A DNA stretch of 63,857 nt, counting the filler, from Choristocarpus tenellus KU-1152 (Eukaryota > Protista > Phaeophyceae): the NCBI GenBank assembly GCA_964200185.2. It is 9 parts of 9 records of this genome, joined end to end, with 100 filler letters (N's around TTAATTAATTAA, not from the genome) between each part and the next. Parts side by side here need not be neighbours in the genome. Positions count along the whole stretch, not along the records: positions 31,840 to 53,735 come from CAXNAD020000318.1; positions 53,836 to 60,219 come from CAXNAD020008253.1; 7 more parts are not named here. One strand, given 5' to 3'. Both the position numbers and the translations under genes were made by a program. This document shows, in pieces, positions 45,301 through 58,583 of this stretch; the stretch's first letter is position 1, and every line of letters begins with the position of its first letter. The notes below the pieces were generated by a model that saw only the letters and a program-made list of their open reading frames with translations, did no database searches and had not been told where the DNA came from.

Positions 45301-48300
45301 TGCATCAAGGGGTGGTAAACCGAATTACCAGAGAGTTCCTGCTCAACATTAACCACCACATATCTCTCTTCCAAGATGTGTCCTTCAAAGTATACAGTTG
45401 AAAAAACACACATAAACACTCATAAATACATCCATACTGCCACCATGGTCTTCTCTTCCCCCTCCCAACCTTCCTAATCTATTGTGAGCCCTACCGCCAT
45501 GTACTCCTTCACTGACTTCTTTTCCTCATCTTGCTCCTTCTCACACGTCAGCTCTTGCACAGCTGACAATTCTGCACCTCCCTTTCCTGACCTCCCTTGC
45601 CCTTTCCCTCCAACAGGCACTCCAGTCATGGAAGACCTCTGCCCTCTTGTCGGACTTCTGACCTTAGAGATGTGGTCAACACCAATACCACTTCCATTGC
45701 TGCCATCATTGATATAGCCACAGTCATTACCAGCCATATTGCCACCTCTGCCCCCCCCATTCCCTGGGTAGGGAGTCGTTGTTGCATGTAGGTGCAGGTT
45801 GTCGGAAGGAATCAAAGGGCTACAAGTTCTCTTGGACACTTCCCGAACAATCCGCCGTTGCACTTCGGCTAGACTCTTCGCTCCAGAGCCAAAAAAGATA
45901 TAGCCCTAGACAGGGAAGGGTCGTTTGCCGAAGAGAAGGGGCGAGAAGAGGGGATGACTATGAGTTCAGGGAAAACATTAAGCCAACTGTTTCCCCGGGT
46001 CTGATCCAATCCTTTCAACTTCCTTCCCAGGCCAGCCTTTCCCACAAAGCATGTCTCTATTCAATACAAACCAGCTCTATCAAAGATTGGGTCAAAGTAT
46101 GTTAGAGGGTAGAGCCGCGTCCATTTGGGGTCCAAAATTTAATGTTGCGTTTTTGATGTAATTTTGGTTATCATGTTTGTTAGGAGGCGTCAATATCCTT
46201 GTTCTAGGTACACCTTTTCATATCGTACACATTTTGCCTACTCTGAAACATTTTGGAGTAGGAAAATGACATTAAAAACCATAGGAAGACAAACAGGGCA
46301 AAACCGGTACCCTCTAAGATACTTTCACTCATTCCTGAAACATTCTGCTGCATTATTGAATACAAATAAACGAGTTTACTCCTCTGTGTATGTACCACAT
46401 ACTTCCCCCCTCGACTGTTGGTTGCTGGCGCTCTATCCTTGCCTTTACCTGTAGCTTCAATATTACTGTCTGCCTGTAGTGCAGCTGCAGCACTGCACGC
46501 TCCTCAAAGGTGCGCATGGTTGTGCTCCCCTTCACTCTGGTCCCAATCTCACCAGGAATCTTCAAGAATGGCAGAGTACGCCAAGTATAATGAGGGATTA
46601 CCGACAGATAAAATGTTAGATCTGGGCCTCTTGCTGTAAGCTGTATGTAGAGGTTGACAGTGGTAAGTGCCGCGTTAACCTTCGCTCCTCTCTCAAAACT
46701 GCCTAGGGAATAGCTCTGTTTCTCATTACTACATACAGACCTGAGCATAGGCGACAGTGAAGGACACTGCGGAAGCCAGCACCGCCAGCAGCATACCCTT
46801 CTCTATACCCAGGCATTGCACGGTAGAGAAGGAGAACAAGCACACAACATATTCTGCCAGCATCATCCTTTGTTCATTTATTTTGGGTGTGTGGGAGGTG
46901 AGCAAGGGAAGGGTGGAGGAAGTCACAGCATGTCCTATTAGGAATAGGTACTAGCATATTTTGTAACCCAACTTGAAACATGAACCTGAGCCAGGGGATA
47001 TCCCAAGTAGTTTGTGCTCCTGTACTTTCCTCCTAACCCTTCTTTCCATTATACTTATTAACCTGTCCTTGCTCATTACTCTAATCTCAACCCTGATGCC
47101 AACCAAATACCGAAGCTTACTCCACCCCAGCATCGCCCTTGTTTTAATCAATAGCCCAACTCAAATACCCTGCCCCATCTCAACCCCTAGACCGTCCGAC
47201 TCCTTCCTCAATTACATCCCAATTTTCCCGTTGTGGTAACCTTACCTCCGCCTTGCCTTCCAGAGCCATTCTATCATCAGGTTCAAGGATACTGGCACCA
47301 AGAGAGACCCAAACAAGATCTTGGGGATGTAGCTGATGACACTCACAGGAACAGTGGCAAATACCATGATCACAAACAGTGTTGCCAATCCTGCCACACG
47401 TGTCTTAACACCTGTTGTAGAGGAAGGTGGATGTCGTTGCAGTAGGCTATGCTGGTATGGTTGCGGAATAGATGAGGGAGAAGAACAGACCAGAAGGTGT
47501 TTTGGGAGGAGAGGTTGGGTTCCCCCAGTATCCCTGTATTAACACCACTACACAGGACTGTGAGAGATGTTTAGTCTTACCTACACAGGCAGTAGAGGTA
47601 TCACAAACAATTTGGAGTTAAAGTATCTTAGAGGGTACGGTCTTGTCTGTTTGGGGGCCAAAAACCAATGTTGCGATTTTGATGTAATTTTGGCTATCGT
47701 GTTTGTTAGGAAATGTTAATATCCTTGTTCCAGACACACCTCTTCATAACGTACACATTTGACCTACTCCAAAATGTTTCGGAGTAGGTAAAATGTAAAA
47801 AAAAAAAACGTTGGAAGCCAAGCCCCAAACGGACAAAACAGGGCAAACTCGTACCCTAACCCTAACATACTATTTGCAAACCACTCTTGTGTCATTTCCT
47901 TGGCTGCCCTTGGGTATTAGGGAAGCAGAGCCTTGTTGCAAGACAGTGGTTTCAGTGATGGTCGGGATGAGGTGCAAACCGAAAAATGTTAACGCTTGAG
48001 AATAGCACAAATAGCTTCTAGTCGCTCTGAAACACAGGAACACTGGACAGACCCATTTTGCAATCGGAAAAATGTTCAAGGTTAGCATAAAGTGCAATAG
48101 CAGAGTATGTTTGGGTAAGAGAGCTAACTTTGAAGCTAGAGTATCCTTTGAGGTGAAACCCTCTCAATATTAAATTTATTTCGTACCTCTTACTGCAAAC
48201 TTACCACCACCAAACAACCCAATCCTGACAAACTGAACTAAAATTTTAAGTTGAACTATTTCATCAAGAAATGGACCAAAAACATTGAACCGCTTCACCA

Positions 48301-51300
48301 TTCACATTGCAGACTGCTTCACTATTAGGTTAACTCTGTTCGTACCTCCACGGATGTTGGAGGATGTCAGGAACAAGATATGACTTCCTATGAAGCCCCC
48401 ACTCAGACCTGAGCCCAAGTTTGACCAGCCCACCTGCCAGAAGATGCGTGTGTGTGAGTGTGGCTGTAGGAACCAGCAATCGGTTGTGCTGAACAGCAAA
48501 CCAAATATGTAAACTCCAGTGACAGGGGGGGGGAAGCGGGTGTGGCGTATCTATTGCTATGTCAATATCAGACGTAGAACTCAAGGTCTACTTGATTCTT
48601 GCTGCAGGGAAATATATACATTAGTGGGAGGCTACAACATGTGAACCAAAGACGTATACAATGCCCATACATTCTCATTTGGGGTGTTTCTGATACTTCA
48701 ATACACCGCATTGACATTCTGCTCTTGTTTCACTCCTCTCCTGCTTGGCAGGTACGGCAGACTCTCTTGATCACGCATGATTCCCTCAGTTATGCTTCAA
48801 CATGATTTTCTTTCAAACCCAAGATTATTCAACAATTGTAAATTGTGATCTTTACCGCCCTTACAACAAAGGGCCAGAAGAACCCCACCATATATGTCTC
48901 TTGTTTTGCAGGATAGAAAGTAAAAGGCCCTTCTTCTCACAGTTTTCAACTCTCGGTCGTAGTTCAGAGGCATCCCAGACTCCATCTCTATTGCCACAAA
49001 GTCTAAGCAGTTTGAGAATGCTACAACTATGATCATGATGAGAAGGTTGGGCATCACCTGCAAGAAAGGTCATAGTCATTAGGCAAGGATCAGGTAGGTA
49101 GGGAGAGGGTAAGCCAATCGAAAGGTGGTAGAGGGGAAGGGAGGGGGAGGGGGAGGGGAGAACAGAATAAATCGCGCTTCACATTTCTACATGGACCGAC
49201 AAAGCGCAAATTGAGCAAGTTGTCCACCACATCAAGATGGACAAAATGGAAAACAACGCAATTGATATGTAAGTAAATCCACTCCGAAGAAAGACCACGA
49301 CAAACTCAATGCCTTCACTGTATTCGTTCTTCAGAGTGTGAACTGGTGTGGTCTGTTGGTGTTCGATATTGCGTTGTGTGTTCATCGGCAACAACTCACC
49401 CTAATAAACACCCCCCAGTGCACAGATGCAATGTCGAAGTAGGACCATGCCTCTGTCAACAGGACAGGGGGTGAATCCTCACTGATCCAACCCAGTACCC
49501 GAGCTTCCTAACATTGGCAGGGGAATCATGAAAGGTGGGAGATATTTCTTGAGACATCATTATGCTTTGTACTTCATCCTTCAAATGCATTTTTCTTTAC
49601 TGTATGCGGTAATGTATCCTTAAGCATCTAAATAGAAATCTCCTCCTTCCTCCTTGTGCTTGCACATAGAAGATGCACATTATAGTCGCCTGAGTTTCGC
49701 CCCCCCTCCTGCACAAGTATCTCTTATCGTCAGTGCTGCTGTATCTTAACACTAGCAAAAAAAATAAATCACAATAGATGGTAGCAGAAACTGTTTAAGC
49801 ACACCCTTCGTGAAACCAGTATGTACTGCGGTGTACTACTATGAATCCCAACAACATAAAAAGTACTGGTACCAGGCAAGTACGATGTTAGTTTGAATGT
49901 GTTAAAAATGGAGTAGATGGTTAGCCTATGTGGAAGGGAGTATGTCACCTCTAAAGGGTTGTCAAGGTACAAGGACTATAACACAATTGATTGGCTTCCT
50001 ACTGTGCACCTTTCCTAATTTACTCTCACCGGGAAGACATTCTCCTCATTGAATAGCGACACCATAGTAAGCACCAAATCATAGGACAACACTTCGAGTA
50101 ACATAGACCAACCCTTAACCCCTACTCACACTATCACCTCTTCTATTATCTCCCTCTCTACTTCTACCTCCACATGTCCCCCTATCACATACACTCACTC
50201 CCCCTTCCTATCATCAGCATTAGGTCCTCCTACCTCAAGAGATGTCCCAGTGAGTGCCAGCGTTGAGAAAAAGACCACAAGTATCGCCACCATCAGCAGG
50301 AGCTGAGTCAGCACAGAAGGAAAGTGGCGCATGCACAAAAATAAGACTAATCCTGCTCCAACTGTAAGCAGGGCTAGGGTCAGTGACTGTGGCTCCGCCA
50401 ACAGGTGAAGGTCCTGGGGACCTTCAATCTCTATCTGGAGGTGGGGGGGGGAGTAGGATCAGTGGTGTGTTTTACAACTTGAACTTATTGAGAAAGAGGA
50501 CAAACAAACGCTCTTCCCTGATGTATTTGTCATATCTAACGTCCTTGTCATAGAGGTTCAAGTAGGAGTGCTTGAGAAAGTGCTGTGCTTCCTTGTATAC
50601 CCACTGATGCAGAAGTTCGAGTGTAATACACCAACAATGGAGGACTATCCCCTAACGTTCCCATTCCTCCGCCCTAACAGCCTCATAACACACACACACT
50701 CTCCATGCATATCGACTGATACTATCATTAAATAGTTCATGATGGTAAAGTTCCAAGGTTATTATACTTGATAGTGCAAAAGTGACGTGTTGGCCCAATG
50801 TGATCTAAACATTATTCCATGTTTGCAGAGAATATTTATTCCTGCACCTTCCCTATCTCCTCAATCTCATCATGTGCATGTCATATATATAAAGTGAGTA
50901 CTTTAAGGTAATATTGATAGTGATTTAAAATTTGGCATGCCTATATCCAAATGCATGAAGTGTAGTCCAGTCTACCTTTCTTTACATCTCCCACACATAC
51001 GAAGCCATACACCACATTAGGAATATTTCCTGACCCTTTTCATCCACCTACACTCCATATCAACTGAGACCAATCCCTTGTAACCCCTATCCCCTTCCAA
51101 ACCTTTTATAATCTCACCCCTGTCACAAACTCTACCCCTGCTTGCCCGCAGAAGAACCCAACATAAGCTAAGTAGCCTCCCACCACTGGCAAGGGAATAT
51201 ACTGCACTGTCGAGGTCAGTCGCAGGTGGCCCACTACCACCAGAGCTGCCCCCAGTATGACTGTGCAGGAACAAAGTACGAAGCATACTTTGTGTATGCG

Positions 51301-53345
51301 GAGGAGTTGTAAGAAATTTGAACATAATGAATTTTGGGAGGCGCTTGGGGCTGAAATTTGTGCCTGTGTGAAGTGTGGTACATTTTGCAACCTTTTCCCC
51401 ACTCGATTTTGACTTTCTGTGTTCAGCCCTTACATCGTGTTGTTCACTGTATGCTAGAGTCTAATGTTACCACGCTCCTACTTGAGGTAGGGGCTGAATA
51501 AGGTAGGGGGGGGGGATCATATTGGTAGGAGGGAGGAGATGGGAGGAAGGACTAATTACCAAAAGCAGCAATAATTCCTTCGTTGATATCATCCCCATCC
51601 CTTGGTTGCTGCACAGTCATGTCCGGTCACATGTCAGCACGATGGTATACTGTCTAAGATCTACTGAAGAAGTGTTGCACAATATCGGAAAAGATATGAT
51701 GGAATGGAAAATTAATGACATCAAACACACCTGTGCTGATCATCTCATTGGCATCAATGCTCCTTTCTCTCCCAAAAGCAACCACAGTGGATGCTATAGT
51801 CGACAGGAACACCAAACCAGCGTCCTGATGAGTCCTCAGGTTAGTTGGAGAAAACGATCGAGATTGTTATGGAGGGGGGCAATCATGGACGGGAAGAAGG
51901 CAAAGAATGGAGAACCCTCTAAAACCTAGAGTAAACCTTTCCTTGTAATTGTTATCCAAGTTCCGTTGTTGCGTCCGGCAAACCAGAATCGTGATTCGTA
52001 CCCCTAATCGCAAGCCGAATACACATAAGGTCGGGCGTAAGGGAGAGCACATGGGTTTGCAATCCCAAGTGCAACTACTACATCGATTTCCGTAAGAACA
52101 CCTCTTTTTGTTTAAAGACTTTTTCTTTTCAATGGAAAAGATCCACGTCGCCGCTCTACGACTATTCTCAAAATGCTGAGGACGGACTTCCCATTCCTGG
52201 AATTATTGGTGACTGACAGAGAGGGCGGCGAGGTCAAGCCAGTTGCTGTTGCAGTATTTGGGGTCTGAGGGAATGCAAGGGCCTACTCATGGACAATAGC
52301 ATTGGTCAGTATCGACTTCTAAGCACAGCAAGATCGCCAACTCCTACTCTCCAGGAGGAAATACTTCTCTTTCATGACAAGACCCGTTCGCAATCAGATT
52401 CTAGTGTCTTACTTGGACGGACCCTACTGTAAAAGGTAGCCCTGACAGTAGGCTAAAACAAGCCTGGTGGACACCACCACTAAAGAGTGCCAGCTTGATC
52501 AACCTAGCAAAGGAAGTGAGAGTATAGGCGAAGAGGGAGATCGAGAGAAAAGCAAGGGAAGTGATGGAGGAAGTCGCCCCAATCAAATGGTGCTGGAAAA
52601 GTATTTTCGGCAGCATTGCAGTTAGAGACAGTTGGAGGGCTATTTCTTACACCTGCAATTATGTGGAGCCAACCTCTTCACCAGCAAGATTTGTTGCATA
52701 AGTTGAAGCAACTCGCCTTTGCGCACCTTCAGAAAAACTGGGTAACTTACATTTGTTGCGTAACCCCTCGACTAAGAACATATGAAAAGTAGTACAAACA
52801 AACAAAGGATGTGGTGTCATTCTAAGGCTCTTGTGTATATACAAATTGACCAGATACTATTGCGAGAGCCAGGAGTCGAAATACCCATTTATTCCTATAC
52901 ACTGTTAACACACCTACCTGGGAAAAAAGGGTTCCAAAGTCGAGTCACGAAAGAAGATGGCAGCGAAGCTGACCAGTATAAGTGATGCAATAATACCATT
53001 GGCCATACCATATGCAAGGTCACTGATAAGTGAGTTTGAATGTTCGGATGGAGAGCCCAAGGATGATTCTGACGTTTGAGGAACATCTTGTAACAAGTCA
53101 GGCCCTTTGTCCGAGTTGGCATTTTTTTCGCTATCAACCTGCACGTGATCGCTCTTGCCATAGAAGAATGTGGGGGTGAGATGTAGGCCATCGATCAGGA
53201 AAGCTGCCACGAGTTACAAAGAACCTCGCGAAATCCTTTTTGTGGTTATTTTTCTCGTAGGTCAACTTACCTCCCCACTCTCCAGGGAGTCACCGTCGAC
53301 TGGATGGTAGTTGAGTCCTCTTCTTCCTTCATCGGTTGTCTTCAT
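38245..53345 (-). CDS. SulP/SLC26-family transporter with STAS and cNMP-binding-like domains (Vsb1/YGR125w-like), ~18 exons
   Basis: Phase-compatible exons 53345-53271, 53138-52918, 52503-52413, 51824-51731, 51287-51118, 50434-50234, 49507-49400, 49057-48941, 48433-48346, 47411-47246, 46867-46741, 46559-46449, 45905-45495, 44989-44708, 43727-~43567, 42875-42444, 42227-42107, 41301-41158, 39866-39705, 38349-38245. Motifs: GSVQDAG, YIPLPVVGGY, DRELKTVGWSN, LQGYIFFGS and VIFDFSQVVGIDSTA (STAS), LDSALEWSEE, KLYFITKGAVEL and GGTFG (cNMP fold). Confidence 0.92.
39314..39426. mobile_element. Possible small MITE (TAGGCACA...TGTGCCTA)
   Basis: 8-bp terminal inverted match only. Single copy in the window. 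Confidence 0.3.
40856..40976. mobile_element. Family B right end with low-quality poly-C and 10-N gap
   Basis: GTGTAGACT(C)n ... (C)nAGATACTTTTGGTC. Confidence 0.75.
42322..42361. repeat. (AC)n microsatellite
   Basis: About 20 units, intronic. Confidence 0.95.
46089..46330 (+). mobile_element. MITE family A, intronic
   Basis: att|GGGTCAAAGTATGTTAGAGGGTAG ... TACCCTCTAAGATACTTTCACTC|att. Confidence 0.9.
47615..47866 (+). mobile_element. MITE family A with right end altered to CCCTAA repeats
   Basis: GAGTTAAAGTATCTTAGAGGGTA ... CTCGTACCCTAACCCTAAC. Confidence 0.88.
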
Positions 53346-53976
53346 CAGCCCTAATATATTAAAATTAAACCTCAACGTGACTTTGAGTTTGAACTCCTAC
53401 TGCATAGTACACCCAGCATATATCTACGTCATACATCGTACCATTCATCGAAAGTAAATGTTGGTAGTGTAATTTTGTTGTATTTTTAGCGTGGTCTGAC
53501 ATTCCGAGATACAGGATAAAACAAAACTTCTTCATCATAATAGTAATATAACAGTACAGCTGCAGTTGTGGTGGATGGTAAGATAGTTCGATTATTATTC
53601 TGCTAGTGAATGTGTGCTACAAAATACTTCCCTAGGTGGGGTAGGCACGGTTGTCTTATGTTTAGGACATTTTATATACACATATGTATATAGTTTTATA
53701 TTATTATGCCCTCTGACATTTTGCAGATGTGTCAGNNNNNNNNNNNNNNNNNNNNNNNNNNNNNNNNNNNNNNNNNNNNTTAATTAATTAANNNNNNNNN
53801 NNNNNNNNNNNNNNNNNNNNNNNNNNNNNNNNNNNACCAAGCAATCTCGCCGGGTTTATCACCTTTATCCTCTTTGATGATTTTGGGGATACTTTAACAG
53901 TATGACCATAGTTTCACAGACTCACCGTTTGATGTACAAGTTACTGATACCCATAGATGTTTAGTTTCGGAATTTA

Positions 53977-54156
53977 GGTTCAAAGTATCCGGGGGGGGGG
54001 TGGTGGCTGTCCATTTGGGGTCAATTTTTTTCATGTCGCGTTTTTTTGGTGATTTAGTTGCATAAGTCGGATGGATAATATAAGTGCACTTTTCCTGGTT
54101 TTGGTCAAATGGACACCCTGGCGTAGACAGCCCCCCCCCCCCAGATACGTTGAGGT
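53977..54156 (+). mobile_element. MITE family B1, TSD TTTA
   Basis: ttta|GGTTCAAAGTATCCG(G)n ... (C)nAGATACGTTGAGGT|ttta. Confidence 0.9.
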
Positions 54157-56226
54157 TTTATAATTAACCCTTTTCAAGTTCCCAACATAAATTTGTAGGT
54201 TCAAACGCTTCAGCGTGAGACATGTTTTAATGGAGATTTGGCTAAAAAATTATAATGAAGATTAATCAAAATACGATCTTTGTGGACTAGGGATGTTGCA
54301 ATGGGGAAGACGAGATGCAACGTAAGGGGCAGAGCATCATACAACACATTACAAAAGAGTCTATATTGCTTACAGTAGTAAACGCTTCCAAATACACTGA
54401 CCCCCTGTCCTCAACAATTGTCCCCAGGGCGACAGGGTCCCTCGTAATGTGCAAGAAGTGACCTAATTAAGCAATTGTCCCGAGAAAGACTATTTGTTTG
54501 TAAGCTACTTCCTGCCGCTCAGAATGGACAGTGAGGGTGCTGTTCAGCGGGCACATGAAGATTAGGATTTCTCTTCGTTAGACCTCCTGACGTGTTGAAA
54601 ACTTTGGTGGCTGGTGCTGCTGGATCCAAGGGGCCGAGGTGGAGGTACAGTCTTCGTTTGACTCATGGCTGCTGTTTCGGTATATCTGTGCCTCAGATTA
54701 ATTTGTACAAGGATAATCTCTTCTTTCAACTTAGCGCCTCTTGTATATCTTGTGTGTTTGGTCCTTGCACTTTGTTTTGCAAGTTTATATTCTTCTCAGT
54801 TTGTCAACAGGTTACACTTGTCTATAAAAGAATTTACATACGCACCAGACGATTTTGAGGTTTTGAGGTTGTGATTGTATTAATAGTCTATTGAGGTAAG
54901 GAGGTATTTCTTTTTGTGGATATGATTCTGGTACTGGTGGAGTATAGAGTGGATCTTCTTCCAATGTATTGTTGTGTTGTCATAAATTCTGATTTGTATA
55001 TGTCATCTATAACATTAATAAGATATGTTCGTCATCAAATGTCCACTCTGATTAGTGTTCTGTTCTAGACATGGTCGTCATACTGAAGACGAATATTAAA
55101 GTAAGTGAACTGAAGTTCGTTAGAGTATGATGGTAAATGTTACAGTATAGGGATAGCAATAGATGCCCTCATCCCATCTCAGTTAACCCATTTTAGACCG
55201 CAACCCCCTTATAACACTAACATAACACATCCACGCTAAAACCACATATTGTGTTCTGTTAAGGCATACCTCATATTAATCGCTAACGGTGTGGGGTTAG
55301 ACTGATACTTCTACTATATTACTAGCTATTTCTAAACACGAAGTATCTATCTATTGCTTTTGGAACAACAAAGGAAGGATATACCCACCTATTTGCAACT
55401 ACGTACCATGATCTGACTGAGAGGTTTAATACTTAAGGGTAAAGGCAATAATGTGGAAGTAGAGGAGCTTTCTTAGTGTATGTATGTCTCTGATTTCATA
55501 ACCCCACAAATACGAAGAGCCCACACGCATGTGGGCTAACCCTTACTACTATTTTTTTCATTACTAAGCTGTGGAAATATGTAAGTATCATCACACACAC
55601 CCCTTTCCTTCTACGTACATATTTTCATGGTTATTTGAAGCAATCGATTTAAAAACAATTACACAGTATATTATACTGAAGTAGTCGAAATGACTCAACT
55701 ATGGAAAATTGAAGAGAACACATACCTCATCATTGTGCGTTTTAGGGCGCGACTGCTACACTATCTATATATCGGCTAACCTTCGAACAACAAGTCAAAA
55801 CATTTTTTCGTATAGGATCCGTAAAATTGAATGTCTAGCAATGGCGAGAAAATATGTTTACCACGCTCCATCCCATCACAAAAAGAGCTTAATGCGAGAT
55901 TTACTCCACTCCGCAACAATTTTGGCATTATGCTCCTGAGAAGGTGCATTGATAAGAACAAACAGGATTCGAGACCACCTCAGAATTTCTGACTCTATGC
56001 ACAACTCCATTTCAAATCTACGTTGTGTTTACAGCAGTTGAACTGGATTCAATAAATGTAGTGCCTTAATGAACAATGACATATTCTGGGGTGTCTTTGC
56101 ATTGGCTCGAAGTGGGACAGTGCAGGAACGAGACCGGGCATTGATACTTGACAGGGAGTTTAATAAAATATCCCTCAGAGAAAGAGTTTGTCAAATATAG
56201 ATGTTGATGTAGTTCCCACGAAATAT

Positions 56227-56485
56227 GAGTGAAAGTGTCTTAGAGGGTACGAGTTTTGACCTATTTATCCATTTGTGGCTTGACTTCCCTCGGGTTTTTT
56301 TATGACATTTGCCTACTCCAAAATATTTCGGAGTAGGCAAATTGTGTATGTTATGAAAAGGTGTGTCCGGAACAAGGATATTGACACTTCCTAACAAACA
56401 CAATAGCCGAAATTACTTCAAAATCGCAACATTGGATTTTGACCCCCAGATGGACGTGGCTCTGTCCTCTAAGATACTTTGGCTC
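56227..56485 (-). mobile_element. MITE family A
   Basis: tat|GAGTGAAAGTGTCTTAGAGGGTAC ... CTCTAAGATACTTTGGCTC|tat. Confidence 0.9.
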
Positions 56486-56983
56486 TATCTTACTTTGAAG
56501 TACTATAAAGATACGATCTATCTCCAAGTAGTTACGAGTGCCGGTAAGGTACAGAACAAACTGTGTCAGGATATAAAATGAGCAATCTTGGCATCCCCTT
56601 TCATTCGAAGATCCCTATCTAGTTCACTCTATGCAGGGGACGAATAATGCATCCACATCCCATGACAAAAAATATAAGGTTAGTTTCGACTAATTGGACT
56701 CAATCTAAATCAAGTGCCTCCTCCATGTGACCTGGGCATACTCTAATTGTGCTTCTACTCTATCCAAAGCTAGTTCGACCCCACTGCCCTTCATGAAGAT
56801 TTACAGGTGATACTGTTTCTATCAGCACGAACACCTTGAAGTTGAAGTCACCTACCCTTGCCACGTAGACAACCTTAGAACCTAAAACGTGTCCCTCACG
56901 ATGTATACTCCACCTCCCTACAGATGAATCTTGCCTAATTCCGTCTGACCTTACCGATGTTGAAAATAACATAATATTGTAAA

Positions 56984-57241
56984 GAGTGAAAGAATATTAG
57001 TGGGTACACGTTTTGCCCAGTTTCTCCTTTTGGGACTTGCCTTCCCATGGGTTCTTTTATGACATTTTCCTAATCCAAAATGTTTCGGAGTGGGTAAAGT
57101 GTATACATTATGAAAAGGTGTGTCCAGAACATGGATATGGACACTTCCTAACATACACGATAGCCAAAATTATATCAAAATTGCAACATTGGATTTTGGC
57201 CCCATATGGACCCGGCTCTACCCTCTAATATACTTTGGTTC
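56984..57241 (-). mobile_element. MITE family A
   Basis: aaa|GAGTGAAAGAATATTAGTGGGTAC ... ACCCTCTAATATACTTTGGTTC|aaa. Confidence 0.9.
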
Positions 57242-58583
57242 AAAACACCCCCTGTAAATGTTTTTCAATAACTTGGCAAATGGGGAACAACAGTGGGATT
57301 GACAACAGTTTAATTGTGGCTTTGTATCGTCTTCGACTGACTCAAAGAAACCCTAAAATGGTTGACAACCTTCAACTATTCCAACACCGTCCAAACCTCC
57401 TACAAATTATAGATATCCCCAGATCTGATCCTCCTTCCTCATACTTAAAGAAACATTCGAAGAAATGACCTAGATATTGCGCACTTGCACACACTTACCT
57501 ATGTCTCAGAATGCCCGAACTTGGTGGGTCAGCCAAGAGACCGTAGGTCATGATGTAAAACTTGTTACATTGTTATCCCTCCAATAGACTATAGCATTTT
57601 GAAGATAGTGGTGGTGCCACTATGTATAGCTTATCTCTGGTTCTCAAAGATGCACTGTGTTGTCGCATGTACCTAGTTCATAAGTGGACACTGGCACCCA
57701 AAAGGTTCACTCTGGCCTACATTGTATTCCTATTGTGAAACGGTCTTGGATTACACTCAACCAATCCTGTATAACACCACATAACAACAGTGGTGTCACC
57801 ATGGAATGTTTCTATAACCGTAGTAACTTCTGACATGCAAGCATATCACACACATAAAAACGCAACACATTCAAGTGTAGTAATACGAAAGCTCGACAAA
57901 ACTGGGTATACATAACGCATAGCAAATAACAAGCGTTTAAAGAACGGAACATCACAGTGGTCTTCTTGTACAACCCAAGCAATGAGCGAAAAAGGCAAAA
58001 ACGAATACCTGAGAATCACTTCATAAGAGAAGCTCCAAAGAGAGGAGCTTGCCAGGGTTATCCGCAGTTGTACACTCTAGGACATACAGATACAGCTTGA
58101 TTTCTTCCATTTTCTCAACATTCTAGCCCTTAGTGAGACCTCCTCTCACAAGCACACCGTCACCCTGAACTAGGTGAATTGAAGTCGAATTCTACGTCTC
58201 CGTCAGGATTGCTAGCTTGGGCAGTTAACTCCATTTCGGCATCCCTATTTATCTGATAATCCTTGAATTGTTTGCGACTGTGGTGTAATGAACAGAAGCA
58301 ATACACAGTGGAATGGGACACATCAGAAGAGGGAAAATAGGGAGCAACAAAACAAGGGTTACCACAGAAAGTTTCACCCTCCAATAGTGGGCAATCTATT
58401 GCTGCAACACTTGGCACTGTTAATTTTATGGAAGACCTTCAATCTCGGATAAATGCATCCGAAATATGGGAAAAGGTCAGCTAAAATATATATATAAGCA
58501 GCCAGATGTCTGAGTCATGACCGGGAAATCAAGATGAAGGAATGCAGGTATTTGGATAACGCGCATAACAACAGACAAACTAC

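Noticed and set aside
33821-53345. Methyltransferase plus transporter as a functional gene cluster
   Set aside because: Ordinary convergent eukaryotic neighbours with no evidence of a shared pathway or co-regulation.
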